Source: an uncultured virus (IMG/VR IMGVR_UViG_2651870323_000004)
Taxonomy: Duplodnaviria; Heunggongvirae; Uroviricota; Caudoviricetes
Direction: 5' to 3' (one strand)
Virus record (IMG/VR): IMGVR_UViG_2651870323_000004
DNA length: 64,000 nucleotides
Below the pieces are notes generated by a model that was not told where the DNA came from, did no database searches, and saw only the letters and a program-made list of their open reading frames with translations. Made by a program: the position numbers and the translations under genes. The first letter of the stretch is position 1; every line of letters begins with the position of its first letter. Shown one piece after another: positions 28,104-38,351 of this stretch.

Positions 28104-28724
28104 ATGGCATCGTGGGACAACTGGATGCCCGAGCTGGTGCTGGCTGCTCCCACGGCGCCCGCGCCGCTCATCCACCTGTGCATCAACCGGGCTGCGCGCC
28201 AGTTCCTGCGGAAGACGCGCGCGTGGCAGGAATGGCTGGAGCCGGTCGATGTGTCGGGCACGCCCTTCGCCGAATACGCGTTCGAGCTGCCCCAGGGCGC
28301 CGAGCTGCGCCGCATCGAGGCGGCCACGCTGGACGGCAAGCCCCTGGAGGTGGCGAAGGAGGGGAGCTTGCCCGCTGACCCCTGGCGCCACGCGCGAGCG
28401 GGTTGCGCCTACCTCGTGACCACTGACCTGGCCTCTTTCACCGTCGGCGCGCTCGGGGCTGGCGGCACCGTGCAGGTGCGGGCCTCGCTCATCCCCTCCA
28501 CGCGCGGCACCAGCGTTCCCGACAGTGTGGCGCGGCTCTACCACGAGGCGATCCGTGACGGCGCTAAGGCGGAGCTGCTGGCCACCGCCGGCACGGACTA
28601 CTACCGGCCCGACCAGGCCGCCGTGGCGCTCGCGCTGTTCAGCGCCGCGATCGATGACGCAACCACCGACGTGTGGCGCTCGCACACGCCGAGCACGCCG
28701 CGGGGGAGGGCGCAATGGCTCTGA
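28104..28724 (+). CDS. Virion head-tail adaptor-like protein
   Basis: AARQFLRKTRAW motif; position after capsid genes. Confidence 0.65.
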   Translation: MASWDNWMPELVLAAPTAPAPLIHLCINRAARQFLRKTRAWQEWLEPVDVSGTPFAEYAFELPQGAELRRIEAATLDGKPLEVAKEGSLPADPWRHARAGCAYLVTTDLASFTVGALGAGGTVQVRASLIPSTRGTSVPDSVARLYHEAIRDGAKAELLATAGTDYYRPDQAAVALALFSAAIDDATTDVWRSHTPSTPRGRAQWL

Positions 28725-29344
28725 ACGTAAAGCAGCTGCTGGACGACGTGGCGCGCGAACTGCAGGACAAGGGGAGCGTCCGCTGGACGCGAGCCGACCT
28801 GCTCGACTTCTTCAATGCGGCCCAGCGCGCGTTCGCCGAGTACCGGCCCGACCAGCTGGCGCAGGACCGCGAGCTGGTGCTGGCCGCCGGCTGGCAGCAG
28901 GAGCTACCGCCCGACGTGCTGACGCTCATCGACATCACCAACAACGCCAACACCGCGCAGCGCCGCATCACGAAGACCGCGCTGTGGACGCTGGACGCCG
29001 TGGCCGGTGCCTGGCGCTCGCAGACGCCCGCGCTGGAGGTGCAGCACTTCATGCACGACATGCGCACGCCGCGGGAGTACCTGGTATACCCGCCGGCCCG
29101 CGCGGGCGTGAAGGTGCGTGCGGTGGTGGCGCCTGCTGCCGTGGATCTGGCGGACGAGAGCGCCGCGCCATGGGTGCCGGCCCGCTGGCTGGATGCGCTG
29201 CGCCACTTCATGCTGTTCCGGGCCTGGTCCGTGGATGGCGAATTTGCTGGCAACCAGGCGCTGGCCGCCTCGCATCTGGAGCTGTTCCAGGGCGCGCTCG
29301 GCGTGCAGGTCAAGGCGTCCAACGAGGTGGCGCCGACCATGTGA
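28715..29344 (+). CDS. Virion adaptor-like protein
   Basis: LQD..VRWTRADLLDFFNAAQR..RPD, YLVYPP. Confidence 0.65.
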   Translation: MALNVKQLLDDVARELQDKGSVRWTRADLLDFFNAAQRAFAEYRPDQLAQDRELVLAAGWQQELPPDVLTLIDITNNANTAQRRITKTALWTLDAVAGAWRSQTPALEVQHFMHDMRTPREYLVYPPARAGVKVRAVVAPAAVDLADESAAPWVPARWLDALRHFMLFRAWSVDGEFAGNQALAASHLELFQGALGVQVKASNEVAPTM

Positions 29345-29359
29345 CAAGCCTGCCATCCT
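29341..29359 (+). promoter_or_regulatory. Late-promoter motif copy 5
   Basis: GTGACAAGCCTGCCATCCT. Confidence 0.7.
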
Positions 29360-29375
29360 GGCAGCACATTTTCGT

Positions 29376-29397
29376 AACCGGGGCGCTGGAGTGCTCG
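29376..29397 (+). promoter_or_regulatory. GGA-loop leader hairpin copy 2
   Basis: Identical 22-mer to 25995-26016. Confidence 0.65.
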
Positions 29398-29415
29398 AAA
29401 CCACAGGAGGCCTCC

Positions 29416-29832
29416 ATGGCCGGTTTCTCCAACTCCCTCGCCAATGCGGTCATCAACGCCACGCTGCGCCAGCAGGCGTTCCCTGCGATCCGCACCCCGT
29501 ACTTCGCGCTGTTCACGGCCGACCCTACCGATGCCTTCACGGCCGGAACCGAGGTTGCCGCATCGTGGTATCGCCGCGTGCCCACCGGCGCGTTTGCCTC
29601 GCCCGTGAACGGTGGCACCTACAACGCGGTGCGCGCCGAGTTCCCGCCGGTGAGCGGGGCCCAGGTCACGGTGACGCACATTGGCATCCTGGAGGGCGAC
29701 TCCCTGAACGATCCCACTGCCACGCTCATGTATTCGGAGCCGCTGGCCAGCCCGCGCACGCTCCAGATCAATGACGTGTTCGTGGTGGACAGCCAGACGC
29801 TGACGGGGGACTTCACCCTGCAGCTGATGTAA
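29416..29832 (+). CDS. Virion structural protein (fibre-associated)
   Basis: MAGFSNSLANAVIN..YFALFTADPT..VTHIGI; SD AGGAGG. Confidence 0.75.
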   Translation: MAGFSNSLANAVINATLRQQAFPAIRTPYFALFTADPTDAFTAGTEVAASWYRRVPTGAFASPVNGGTYNAVRAEFPPVSGAQVTVTHIGILEGDSLNDPTATLMYSEPLASPRTLQINDVFVVDSQTLTGDFTLQLM

Positions 29833-29850
29833 CCGCGCGGGCGGCAGGAC

Positions 29851-30900
29851 GTGAACCGCGGAAGGTTCAACGGATTTGCGATCAACGGTCCCGCCGGGGA
29901 GCAGGTTGTTCGCGTCCGCGTTGATGCACGGGGCTACGCACGTATCCGCGCAGGCGGCCGTGTGCTTGCCTATGCGCGCGTGCACAGCGAGCCTGCTGCC
30001 AGCTTGGCGGGCCGCCTGGGCCGGGTCGAGGCCCACATCCGTGCCGACGCCATCGCGCGGGCGGCTGTCGTTGGGGCTCTCGGGCACGCGGAGGTCCATG
30101 GGCTGATCGCCGCGCGTGGGCGCGCCGTCATCAAGGTGACGCTGCCGCCTGTGCGTGGCGTGGTCAGCGCCAAGGCCCGCGCCAGCATTGGACTGCGCGC
30201 ACACGTCCTGGCGCGGGGTGGTGCCTCGGGCACGGCCCGCGCCAAGCTCTCGCCGGCCACGCGCCTTGTCCGCCGTGGCCCGGTCCGGTCCACGCCCTTC
30301 GCCGGCATCACTGCGGACGGCACGGTGTTCGCGCGCCGCCGCGTCCGATCGCCTGTCGATGCGAGGGCCCAGGCCTTCATCGTGACGCGCACTCGGACCT
30401 CTGCCCGGCTGGCGGTGCTACTGCGCGCCGCGGCGGCCGGCACCGCCCGCTTCCACGTCGGCGCGCGTGGTCCAGTTGCCGTGCTCGGGCGAGCGGTCAT
30501 TGAGATCGACCCCGATGTGTTCAAGCGGTTGCCGTTTGACGAGCCCGCGCCCGAATCGCGCACGTTCCTCGTGCCGCCCACCATGACCACCTTCTATGTG
30601 ACCGACCAGGGCACCAGCATGTTCAGAGCCAGCCCCCCACAACAGCCCGCCGACGTGCAGGACTACGACATCGAATTCGCCGAGTGGTTTCCGCCCGGCG
30701 ACGAGATCGTGGCCGTGGCGCTCAAGGTGATGCCGGCCATGCCCATGCCGCCCAGTTACGCAATCACGGCCCAACGCGTGAAGGTGTGGGTGTACGCGGG
30801 CGGCAAGAGCGGCACGAAGTACCAGATTTCCATCGCGGCGACCACCAACGACGGCCGCGTCAAGGAGGTGGAACTGGTCGTACCCATCAAGGAGCAGTGA
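29851..30900 (+). CDS. Virion structural protein (Arg/Ala-rich repeats + C-terminal QPADVQDYDIEF domain)
   Basis: 349-aa ORF in the tail module. Confidence 0.65.
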   Translation: MNRGRFNGFAINGPAGEQVVRVRVDARGYARIRAGGRVLAYARVHSEPAASLAGRLGRVEAHIRADAIARAAVVGALGHAEVHGLIAARGRAVIKVTLPPVRGVVSAKARASIGLRAHVLARGGASGTARAKLSPATRLVRRGPVRSTPFAGITADGTVFARRRVRSPVDARAQAFIVTRTRTSARLAVLLRAAAAGTARFHVGARGPVAVLGRAVIEIDPDVFKRLPFDEPAPESRTFLVPPTMTTFYVTDQGTSMFRASPPQQPADVQDYDIEFAEWFPPGDEIVAVALKVMPAMPMPPSYAITAQRVKVWVYAGGKSGTKYQISIAATTNDGRVKEVELVVPIKEQ

Positions 30901-30901
30901 C

Positions 30902-32911
30902 ATGCCCCAGCTCTACCTGAACAACTTCACCACGCAATTCATCGCGTCCGTCAAGGCCGCGCCGGCCACCGCCAACCCGGCGGGCGAACTGGACTACGGC
31001 GTGCTCCGAGTCTCCGACGGCGCCGCCGGCACGCTCATCAACCCGCCGGGTGGCAGCTGGTATGTGCTGACCGCCTTCAAGCGCGCCGGCACCGTGGAAT
31101 CGGACTACGAGATCCTGCGCGTCACCGGGGTGGACAACTCTGTGGTGGGCGAGTGCCGGCTGACCGTGCTGCGCGGGCAGGAGGGCACCACGCCGCGGGC
31201 CTACGTGGCCGGCGACCTGGTGGAGCTGCGCCTGACGGCCGGCGGGATCAGCCAGTACGCCCAGACCACCGACCCGCGCATGTCCGATCCGCGCACGCCC
31301 ACCGGCGCCGCGGGCGGCGTGCTGTCGGGAAACTACCCGAACCCGGGCTTCGCCCAGCCCATGGCGACGGTGGCCCAGATGGAGGGTCGCGTGGAGAAGG
31401 TGGCGGGCAAGGGCCTGAGCACCAACGACTACACCACCGCCGACCTCGCCAAGCTCGCCGGCATTGCCGAACAGGCCACGAAGAACGCACCGGACTCGCA
31501 GTTGCGCGATCGCAGTACCCACACTGGCACGCAGCCCATGGCCACGGTGATGGGGTTGCCGGAAACGCTCGCCACGAAGGTGGACGTGGTGGCCGGCAAG
31601 GGGCTGAGCGCGGAGGATTTCTCGACCGCCGAGAAGGTGAAGCTGGCGGGCGTGCAGCCCGGGGCCCAGGTCAACGCGGTGCTGTCCGTGGCGGGCCGCA
31701 GCGGCAACGTGGTGCTTCTGCCCGGCGATGTCGGCTTGGGGAGCGTGGACAACACGGCCGACGCGGCGAAGCCCGTCAGCGTGCTCCAGGCTGCCGCGAT
31801 CGCCGCGCGGCTCAACCGGACCGGCGACCAGATGACCGGCGACCTGGCGCTGAAGACCCTCAACGGCAGTCACCTCGCGGGGACGCGAAACCGCCTCATC
31901 AACGGACGTTGCAATGTGGCGCAACGTGGTACGAGCTTCCCTGGTGCGTCCATCAGCACGGGAAACTATCCGGTGGATCGGCTCGCGTTCACCGGGTCCT
32001 ACACCCCGGCCGTGGCTACGGTGGAGCAGGCCACCGACGGCCCGGCTCTCGATCCTGGCTTGCGCCGGTGCGCGCGGCTGACCGTGACGACGGCAGATCC
32101 CGCGATGGAAGGGGGCGACTCCGCAGGGCTCCAGCAGATCATCGAGGGCTACAACATCGCCGACCTCTTCGGCGTCACCTTCACCGTGTCGTTCTGGGTG
32201 CGCTCCTCTCGGGTGGGGGTTCACTGCCTCGCGCTCTTCAACGGCGGGTTCGATAAGTCGTTCGTGGCGGAATACTCGGTCCAAAATGCGAACACCTGGG
32301 AGTTCAAGTCCGTCACCCTGGTGGGCGGGTTGCCGGCCGCGGGCGGCTGGAACACGTCCTGGGGTCCGGGGCTTTATGTTCGCTGGTGCGTGGGCGTGGG
32401 CCCGACCTACCACACCCAGCCGGGCGCATGGCGCGATGGGCTGTACCTCGGCACATCCAGTCAGGTGAATTGCCTGGACACCGCGGGCAACGTCTTCGCC
32501 CTGACCGGCTTCCGGCTGGAGTCGGGGGCGGTGGCCACGCCGTTCGAACACCGGCAAATCGGCGACGAGATGGACGACTGCCTGCGGTACTTCGAGCAGC
32601 TGAACAACGCCAATGCCAATGTGTACGCGATGGGCATGGTTCCCAACAATTCCCAGGTGTGGGCACTGCTGGAGTACGACACGAAGCGAGTGGCGCCGAG
32701 CCTGAGTTTTCCCGGCAGCGTGGCCAACTTCCAATTCCAGATCGGGAGCGGGACGCCCTCGTGCACCGATCGACCCTACGCAAATTCCGCCGGCACGAAG
32801 CGTGCCCACATCGTGCTCACCAGCACCAGCGCCGGCCTGGCGGGCGATAGCAAGGCGTGCCTGTGCGTCCTGGCGGGCGATGCGCGGATCAACATCAACG
32901 CGGAGTTCTGA
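30902..32911 (+). CDS. Tail fibre protein
   Basis: LTVLRGQEGT, repeated GKGLS..D..TA...KLAG units, VGLGSVDNTAD..KPVS, RNRLING head domain. Confidence 0.85.
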   Translation: MPQLYLNNFTTQFIASVKAAPATANPAGELDYGVLRVSDGAAGTLINPPGGSWYVLTAFKRAGTVESDYEILRVTGVDNSVVGECRLTVLRGQEGTTPRAYVAGDLVELRLTAGGISQYAQTTDPRMSDPRTPTGAAGGVLSGNYPNPGFAQPMATVAQMEGRVEKVAGKGLSTNDYTTADLAKLAGIAEQATKNAPDSQLRDRSTHTGTQPMATVMGLPETLATKVDVVAGKGLSAEDFSTAEKVKLAGVQPGAQVNAVLSVAGRSGNVVLLPGDVGLGSVDNTADAAKPVSVLQAAAIAARLNRTGDQMTGDLALKTLNGSHLAGTRNRLINGRCNVAQRGTSFPGASISTGNYPVDRLAFTGSYTPAVATVEQATDGPALDPGLRRCARLTVTTADPAMEGGDSAGLQQIIEGYNIADLFGVTFTVSFWVRSSRVGVHCLALFNGGFDKSFVAEYSVQNANTWEFKSVTLVGGLPAAGGWNTSWGPGLYVRWCVGVGPTYHTQPGAWRDGLYLGTSSQVNCLDTAGNVFALTGFRLESGAVATPFEHRQIGDEMDDCLRYFEQLNNANANVYAMGMVPNNSQVWALLEYDTKRVAPSLSFPGSVANFQFQIGSGTPSCTDRPYANSAGTKRAHIVLTSTSAGLAGDSKACLCVLAGDARININAEF

Positions 32912-33309
32912 TGCCATACCGACTCACGGCGGGGGACATGATCTTCCGCATTGCCGATGAAGTTTCGTTCCCGCCCGTGCGGGGCAATGCCGACTACGAG
33001 ATTTACCTGGGCTGGCTGGCGCGTGGCAACACGCCGCTGCCCTACGAACCGCCCGCGCCGGTGGTTCGCGTGCCGGAGGAGGTCACGATGGGCCAAGCCC
33101 GGCTCGCGCTGCTCGACATCGGCAAGCTGCAGGCCGTGGAGGCGGTGCTGGCCGGGATGCCCGAGCCGGAGCGCACGCGCGCGAAGATCGAATGGGACTA
33201 CCGGCCGACCGTGCGCCGGGACAGCCAGCTCGTGGCCCAGCTGGGTGCCGCCATCGGGCTGACCCGACGGGAGCTGGACGACATCTTCACGCACGCGGCG
33301 GGGCTGTAG
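32911..33309 (+). CDS. Tail fibre assembly chaperone
   Basis: NADYEIYLGWL..GNTP, VTMGQARLALL, IEWDY. Confidence 0.75.
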   Translation: MPYRLTAGDMIFRIADEVSFPPVRGNADYEIYLGWLARGNTPLPYEPPAPVVRVPEEVTMGQARLALLDIGKLQAVEAVLAGMPEPERTRAKIEWDYRPTVRRDSQLVAQLGAAIGLTRRELDDIFTHAAGL

Positions 33310-33323
33310 CACGCGCCGCGGCG

Positions 33324-33342
33324 GTGCCAAGCCTGCCAGATT
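33324..33342 (+). promoter_or_regulatory. Late-promoter motif copy 6
   Basis: GTGCCAAGCCTGCCAGATT, 7 nt before ATG 33350. Confidence 0.75.
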
Positions 33343-33349
33343 CCGGGCC

Positions 33350-35926
33350 ATGACCATCTACCGCCTGGCCGCGTTCGGCGGCGAAGCCCCCAGCGTTTCC
33401 GATCGCGCCCTGGGCAGTGACTTCGCGCGGGTGAACGAAAACCTCTTCCTGCCCAGCGGCGAGTTCTGGCCCATGGCCGCCGACCGCCGGCACTCGGCCT
33501 GCGTGTCCGGCGCGCGTACGCTGCACCGCATGGCGCGCAATGCGAACGGCGAGGTGGTCAAGGATCCAGCCGCGCCCATCCGCTCCTATACCGACGAGCG
33601 TTCATTCGTGAAGGGCCAGATCAACGACGAGGCCACGGAGCGAACCTACTGCACCACCGACGACGGCAGCGCTCGCCCGCGCGTGGTGGACGCCCGCGGG
33701 AATGACCGGCTGCTGGGCGTGCCGCGGCCAGTGAAGCCGATCGTGAAGCTGCAGGTGGTGGACGAGTTCACGCCCGAGGAGGCGAAAACCTGGCTCTATG
33801 GTGACTTCGCCCAGATGCTGCTGGACGACCTGCTCGCCACGTTCGTGAAGCACGAGGGCAACCAGGAGGCCGTGCGATGGGACGCCTCGGGCAAGGCCTA
33901 CGCCGGACCCACGTCGAACTACGGGCTCTCTCTATCCCCTGCCGTGGGCGGGGGCGCGGCGCCGGGCAACCTCTACGCCATCATCACCACCGCGCGGGCG
34001 GCTGCCACCGAGATGGACATGACCCGACTGGGCGCCACCCAGACCAGCGGGGGCTGGGCCGTGCCGGTGGCCGCCATGCCGGCGAGCTACCCGCTGCGCC
34101 GCGCGGCGCTCGTGGAGGCGCTGCAGCTGCACGAATTCCCGGCCACCGCGGGCGAGCGCGCGGGCGAGACGGTGCTGACCGCCGACTTGGCCGCCAAGGT
34201 GGCCGACCTCGCCGAGAAGGCCGCCGCCCCAGGCGCCGAGTGCGCGGCCGCCCGCACCGAGCTGGACAAGCTGGTGAAGGAGTTCGCGACGCTCGCGCTG
34301 GAGAAGAGCTGGGCCGCGCCCACCTCCGCGCCCGTGCGGCCGAAGGAACCGTCTGTGCCGCAGTACCAGTCCACAGGCGGCGACAGCACCGATATCGTGG
34401 AATCGGCAGCCTGGGTGCAGTACCGCAAGGACCTGGAGGCCTACTACCTTGCGCTGGAGGCCTACACCTCTGGCCGCGACGCGGCATCCACCCAGGCCGC
34501 GAGCCTGAATGCGCGGCTGGTGGAGATCCAGCAGCGGTGTACCACCCTGGTGGCGAGCATCCAGACCCAGCTGGCCAGCCAGTTCACTGCCCTGACCAAA
34601 GACGTGGCCGTAGTGGGCACCTGGGTGGACAAGCTGGGCGGCGTGGCGAAGCTGGCCGGCGAAACGGTGGACCGCGTGGTTTCCTCGCGCTACTACGTGG
34701 TGGCCTTCGTGACCGACTGGGGTGAAGAGTCGGAGCCGTCGCCGCTCTCGGAGTTGCTGGAGGCGGATGCGAACGACACCGTGACCGTTCAACGGCCGGC
34801 CCTGATGACGGGGGAGAGCTATGCAGAGCGCTTCATCGCGAAGTGGCGGCTGTACCGCAGCAATACCAGCGACACGGCCGCCGCCTGGCAACTGGTGCAA
34901 GAGATGCCCATCACGGTGGCGGCCTTCCTGGACGACAAGGCGAGCGAGGAGCTGGAAAGCCTGCAGCCGCAGTTCACCTGGGCCGCGCCGCCGTACCGGA
35001 TGGACGGGCAATTCGACGGCGAGCTGAAGCCCAGCGTGGGCGCGAACCCCTATCTGCGCGGGCTGGTGGGCATGCCCAACGGGATCATGGCCGGCTTCAT
35101 CGACAACACGGTGGCGTTCTGCGAACCCTACGTGCCCTATGCCTGGCCGGTGGAGTACCAGGTCACGACAGAATTCCCCGTGGTCGGCATGGCCGTGTTC
35201 GACCAGACCCTGTTCGTGGGCACGGCCGGCAATCCATACTTCGTCACCGGTGCCCACTCGGCCTCGATGTCGGCCCAGAAGCTCGATAGCAACCAGGCGT
35301 GCGCCTCGCGGCGGTCGGTGGTGGGCGTGCAGGGCGGCGTGCTCTACGCCTCTCCGGACGGGCTCTGCCTGGCGAGTGCCCGCGGCGTGGAGGTGGTGTC
35401 CCGGCAGCTGATCGCGCGGAAGGACTGGCAGGCCATGCAGCCGGCCAGCATGTTCGCAGCCGAGCACGAGGGCGTTTACTACCTGTTCTACGCTGGCGCG
35501 GGCGGGGGCTGTCTTGCGTGCAACATGCAGGACGGGATGAAGCTGGGCCGCATCGACCTCTCGGGCTCGGCCGTGTGGGTGGACAAGCTCAACGACCTGA
35601 TGTACCTGGCTCGGGGCTCCGACATCCTGGAGTGCTTCACGGGCGGGGCCGGCCGCGCGGGCCGGTGGCGCACGGGCATCGCCACGCAGCCGCGCCAGCA
35701 GCCGCTCGCGTGGGCGAAGGTGTACGGCCAGCAGGACGAAGCGCACCCCGTCACGCTGCGCCTGTGGGGCGACGGCGTGCTGCAGCACACGGCGACCTTC
35801 ACGGACCTGCAGCCCCAGCGCCTGCCGACCGGGCGCTGGCTTGAGCACCAGGTAGAAATCCAGAGCGCCGCACGCGTCACGTCCGTGGTGCTGTGCTCCA
35901 CCTCCGAGGAACTGCGCGGGTTATGA
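33350..35926 (+). CDS. Tail nozzle/tubular protein-like
   Basis: YVVAFVTDWGEESEPSP, GLVGMPNGIMAGF, EPYVPYAWP, YASPDGL. Confidence 0.7.
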   Translation: MTIYRLAAFGGEAPSVSDRALGSDFARVNENLFLPSGEFWPMAADRRHSACVSGARTLHRMARNANGEVVKDPAAPIRSYTDERSFVKGQINDEATERTYCTTDDGSARPRVVDARGNDRLLGVPRPVKPIVKLQVVDEFTPEEAKTWLYGDFAQMLLDDLLATFVKHEGNQEAVRWDASGKAYAGPTSNYGLSLSPAVGGGAAPGNLYAIITTARAAATEMDMTRLGATQTSGGWAVPVAAMPASYPLRRAALVEALQLHEFPATAGERAGETVLTADLAAKVADLAEKAAAPGAECAAARTELDKLVKEFATLALEKSWAAPTSAPVRPKEPSVPQYQSTGGDSTDIVESAAWVQYRKDLEAYYLALEAYTSGRDAASTQAASLNARLVEIQQRCTTLVASIQTQLASQFTALTKDVAVVGTWVDKLGGVAKLAGETVDRVVSSRYYVVAFVTDWGEESEPSPLSELLEADANDTVTVQRPALMTGESYAERFIAKWRLYRSNTSDTAAAWQLVQEMPITVAAFLDDKASEELESLQPQFTWAAPPYRMDGQFDGELKPSVGANPYLRGLVGMPNGIMAGFIDNTVAFCEPYVPYAWPVEYQVTTEFPVVGMAVFDQTLFVGTAGNPYFVTGAHSASMSAQKLDSNQACASRRSVVGVQGGVLYASPDGLCLASARGVEVVSRQLIARKDWQAMQPASMFAAEHEGVYYLFYAGAGGGCLACNMQDGMKLGRIDLSGSAVWVDKLNDLMYLARGSDILECFTGGAGRAGRWRTGIATQPRQQPLAWAKVYGQQDEAHPVTLRLWGDGVLQHTATFTDLQPQRLPTGRWLEHQVEIQSAARVTSVVLCSTSEELRGL

Positions 35927-37854
35927 CAAACAGCCGCAAGATCGACACGGGTGTGGCCCGGCTGCCGGCCCTGCCGCGCCTCAATGCCCAGGACAAGGCC
36001 CTCACCGACTGGGCCAAGGCGGTGACGGAGCACCTGGAGGTGCGCGCCGGCTCGCGCGGCAACGAATTCGAGCGCGGCGTGACGGTGCGCGAGCTGCGCG
36101 AGGCCATGGGAGGCGTGCAGGGGTTAGTGCAGATCCTCGAGCAGGACCGCAAGCCCGGGCCGGGGGAAACGTTGATCGACCTGGGCGGGGGGCTGTCGGC
36201 CACGGTGCAGATCGACCGCTTCGCCCAGGCCATCATCGACTCGGCCCTGTTCCGCTCGCTCGCGAAGACGCTGGACGATCCCACGCGGTTCGACCACCTG
36301 GCGAAGGAGATCCGGGACGAGCTGGTGCGCTCGATTGCCGACGAGGCCGCCAAGCGCGGCGCGGAGGTGCGCGACCTGCAGACCATCGTGCAGACGAACG
36401 AACGCAGTTTCGCGCGCCAGGTGCGGGAGGTGACTGCCAGCCTGCAGCAGGCCAGCGCCGGCATCCGCGCCACGCAGGCGGCCTGGAGCGACGGGCAGCG
36501 CGCCATGGCCACCAACGTGCTGCAGCTGCAGGCCTCGCTCGGGCGCTACTACCGCGACGGCACGCCCGGGCGCGCGAGCCTGGAGCAGGAGATGACCGTG
36601 CTGGCCAGCTACTCGGACGGGCTGCGCGCGCAGTACACGCTCAAGGTGCAGGCCGGCGGCGCGCTGGCCGGCTTCGGGATCGCCGCCGAGGAGCGCAACG
36701 GCCAGACCACCAGCGCCTTCATCATCATGGCCGACAAGTTCGCTGTGGTGGCGCCGAACTACAGCGGGGGGCTGCTGCGCACGCCGCGGCCGCAGGACGT
36801 GGTGTTCGGCGTGGACGGCAATGGGATCTACCTGCAGAACAACGTCTATGTGAAGGGCAACCTGCGCGTGGATGGGCAGGGCCGTACGCTCGCCGACGGC
36901 ATGCGGGGCTCGGTGTTGCTGTCCGCGAGCGGCAGCTACTGGAGCGACGCCACGGCCCGGCAGGCTGTCTGGCAGGCCTTGGGCAACGGCGGCAGCGCAC
37001 CCAACAACAACCACCTGCAGGTGGGCGATGCCGTCACCATCACCGACGGCGGCGCGTTCACCCAGACCAGGCACTGGATGGGGTATTACTGGGCCATTCC
37101 CGGTGCGGTGTTGAGCGGCGACCTACTGGTGGACGGTACGGTGGCGGCGCGCAAGGTGGACACGCGGGGGCTCACGGTGCGCGACAGCGCCGGCAACATC
37201 ATCCTGTCGGCCAACGGCATGGACGCCCAGTGGTTGCGCAACCTGCAGGCTGCCCAGGTCGGCGGGCTCGGCACGTTGGCGCGGCGCGACGCGGCGCGGA
37301 TCGGGGAAACGGTGACCTTCCCCGATGGCTCGGTGATGGGCACCTCCGACTTCATCAACCGCCTGCAGCGCATCACCAGCAACAACATCGGCGTCTTCAT
37401 GGACACCGCCGCGATCGGCACAGCCTACATCGGCAACGCCGCGATCGGCACGCTGCAGGTGCAGGGCGGGGCCGTGACGGCCATGTCGTTCGGAGAGTCA
37501 GGCAGTTTCGTGGTGCCGGGCGGTGGCAGCTCTGGTGGGGCGGGGATCTACCTCGCCATGCCGGCGAACTCGTCGGGCGTCACGTTGTCGGCCTACGCCG
37601 AGGTGAATCCCCTGGGAGGCGATGCCAGCGTGGTGGTGTACCTGCGCCGTAACGGCGCCCGAATCACGCACGCAGCCACGTCCATGCGCGGGGGGTGGAC
37701 ATCGCAGATTTTCGTGGTGGGCTTCGACGCGCCATGGTGGGATGGCACCCACTTCTACGACATCGAGGTGGTGAGCCCGAACTACGGGCCCGGTGCAAAT
37801 CAACAATTGACCGTGGCACGCACCACCATTACCGCCACAGGAGGAAAGCGATGA
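35923..37854 (+). CDS. Tail spike/central fibre (DUF1983, J-C-terminus-like)
   Basis: AQYTLKVQAGG.LAGFGI..SAFIIMADKFAV, AAIGTAYIGNAAI. Confidence 0.75.
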   Translation: MTNSRKIDTGVARLPALPRLNAQDKALTDWAKAVTEHLEVRAGSRGNEFERGVTVRELREAMGGVQGLVQILEQDRKPGPGETLIDLGGGLSATVQIDRFAQAIIDSALFRSLAKTLDDPTRFDHLAKEIRDELVRSIADEAAKRGAEVRDLQTIVQTNERSFARQVREVTASLQQASAGIRATQAAWSDGQRAMATNVLQLQASLGRYYRDGTPGRASLEQEMTVLASYSDGLRAQYTLKVQAGGALAGFGIAAEERNGQTTSAFIIMADKFAVVAPNYSGGLLRTPRPQDVVFGVDGNGIYLQNNVYVKGNLRVDGQGRTLADGMRGSVLLSASGSYWSDATARQAVWQALGNGGSAPNNNHLQVGDAVTITDGGAFTQTRHWMGYYWAIPGAVLSGDLLVDGTVAARKVDTRGLTVRDSAGNIILSANGMDAQWLRNLQAAQVGGLGTLARRDAARIGETVTFPDGSVMGTSDFINRLQRITSNNIGVFMDTAAIGTAYIGNAAIGTLQVQGGAVTAMSFGESGSFVVPGGGSSGGAGIYLAMPANSSGVTLSAYAEVNPLGGDASVVVYLRRNGARITHAATSMRGGWTSQIFVVGFDAPWWDGTHFYDIEVVSPNYGPGANQQLTVARTTITATGGKR

Positions 37855-38291
37855 ACCAGCGCCGCTGCGCCGAGCTGCGGGATGTACCGGGCTGCCCGGA
37901 CCTTGCGACCATCTTTCGCATTGCCGACGTGCCGGTGGGCATGGGAGCGCCGAGCGGGTGGGTGGCGGTGGGCGCCGACGTGCTTCCCATGACGCACTAC
38001 TGGAGCCACACGGCCGGGGCGCCTGTGCCATTCCCTCCGTGGCCCGGGCAGGGTCACGCGTTCGACTTCGGGCGCCTGGAGTGGGTGCCAGACGCGGCCG
38101 AGCTGTGGGGCTACGTGCGTGCGCGGCGGGACGAGCTCCTGCGCGCGTGCGATTGGCGGGTGCTGCCTGACGCGCCCACGCCGGCCGACATGCGACAGGC
38201 CTGGCTGGACTACCGGCAGGCGCTGCGCGATGTGACGGGGCAGGGCGACCCGCGCGCGATCGAGTGGCCGGTAGCACCGTTCGAGTCATGA
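37851..38291 (+). CDS. Tail assembly chaperone (XkdW-like)
   Basis: VRARRDELLRACDW..LPDAP..AWLDYRQALRDVT..IEWP. Confidence 0.8.
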   Translation: MNQRRCAELRDVPGCPDLATIFRIADVPVGMGAPSGWVAVGADVLPMTHYWSHTAGAPVPFPPWPGQGHAFDFGRLEWVPDAAELWGYVRARRDELLRACDWRVLPDAPTPADMRQAWLDYRQALRDVTGQGDPRAIEWPVAPFES

Positions 38292-38351
38292 GGAAGGAAT
38301 GGCTTGGAGCGCTTTCGGACTGTACTTTGGCCCAACCGCAAGCCGCCTTCA

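Noticed and set aside
30902..37854. Diversity-generating retroelement or invertible tail-fibre cassette
   Set aside because: No reverse transcriptase, invertase or TR/VR duplicate seen
38320..38335. Near-SOS box CTGTACTTTGGCCCAA upstream of the array
   Set aside because: Lacks the invariant terminal CAG
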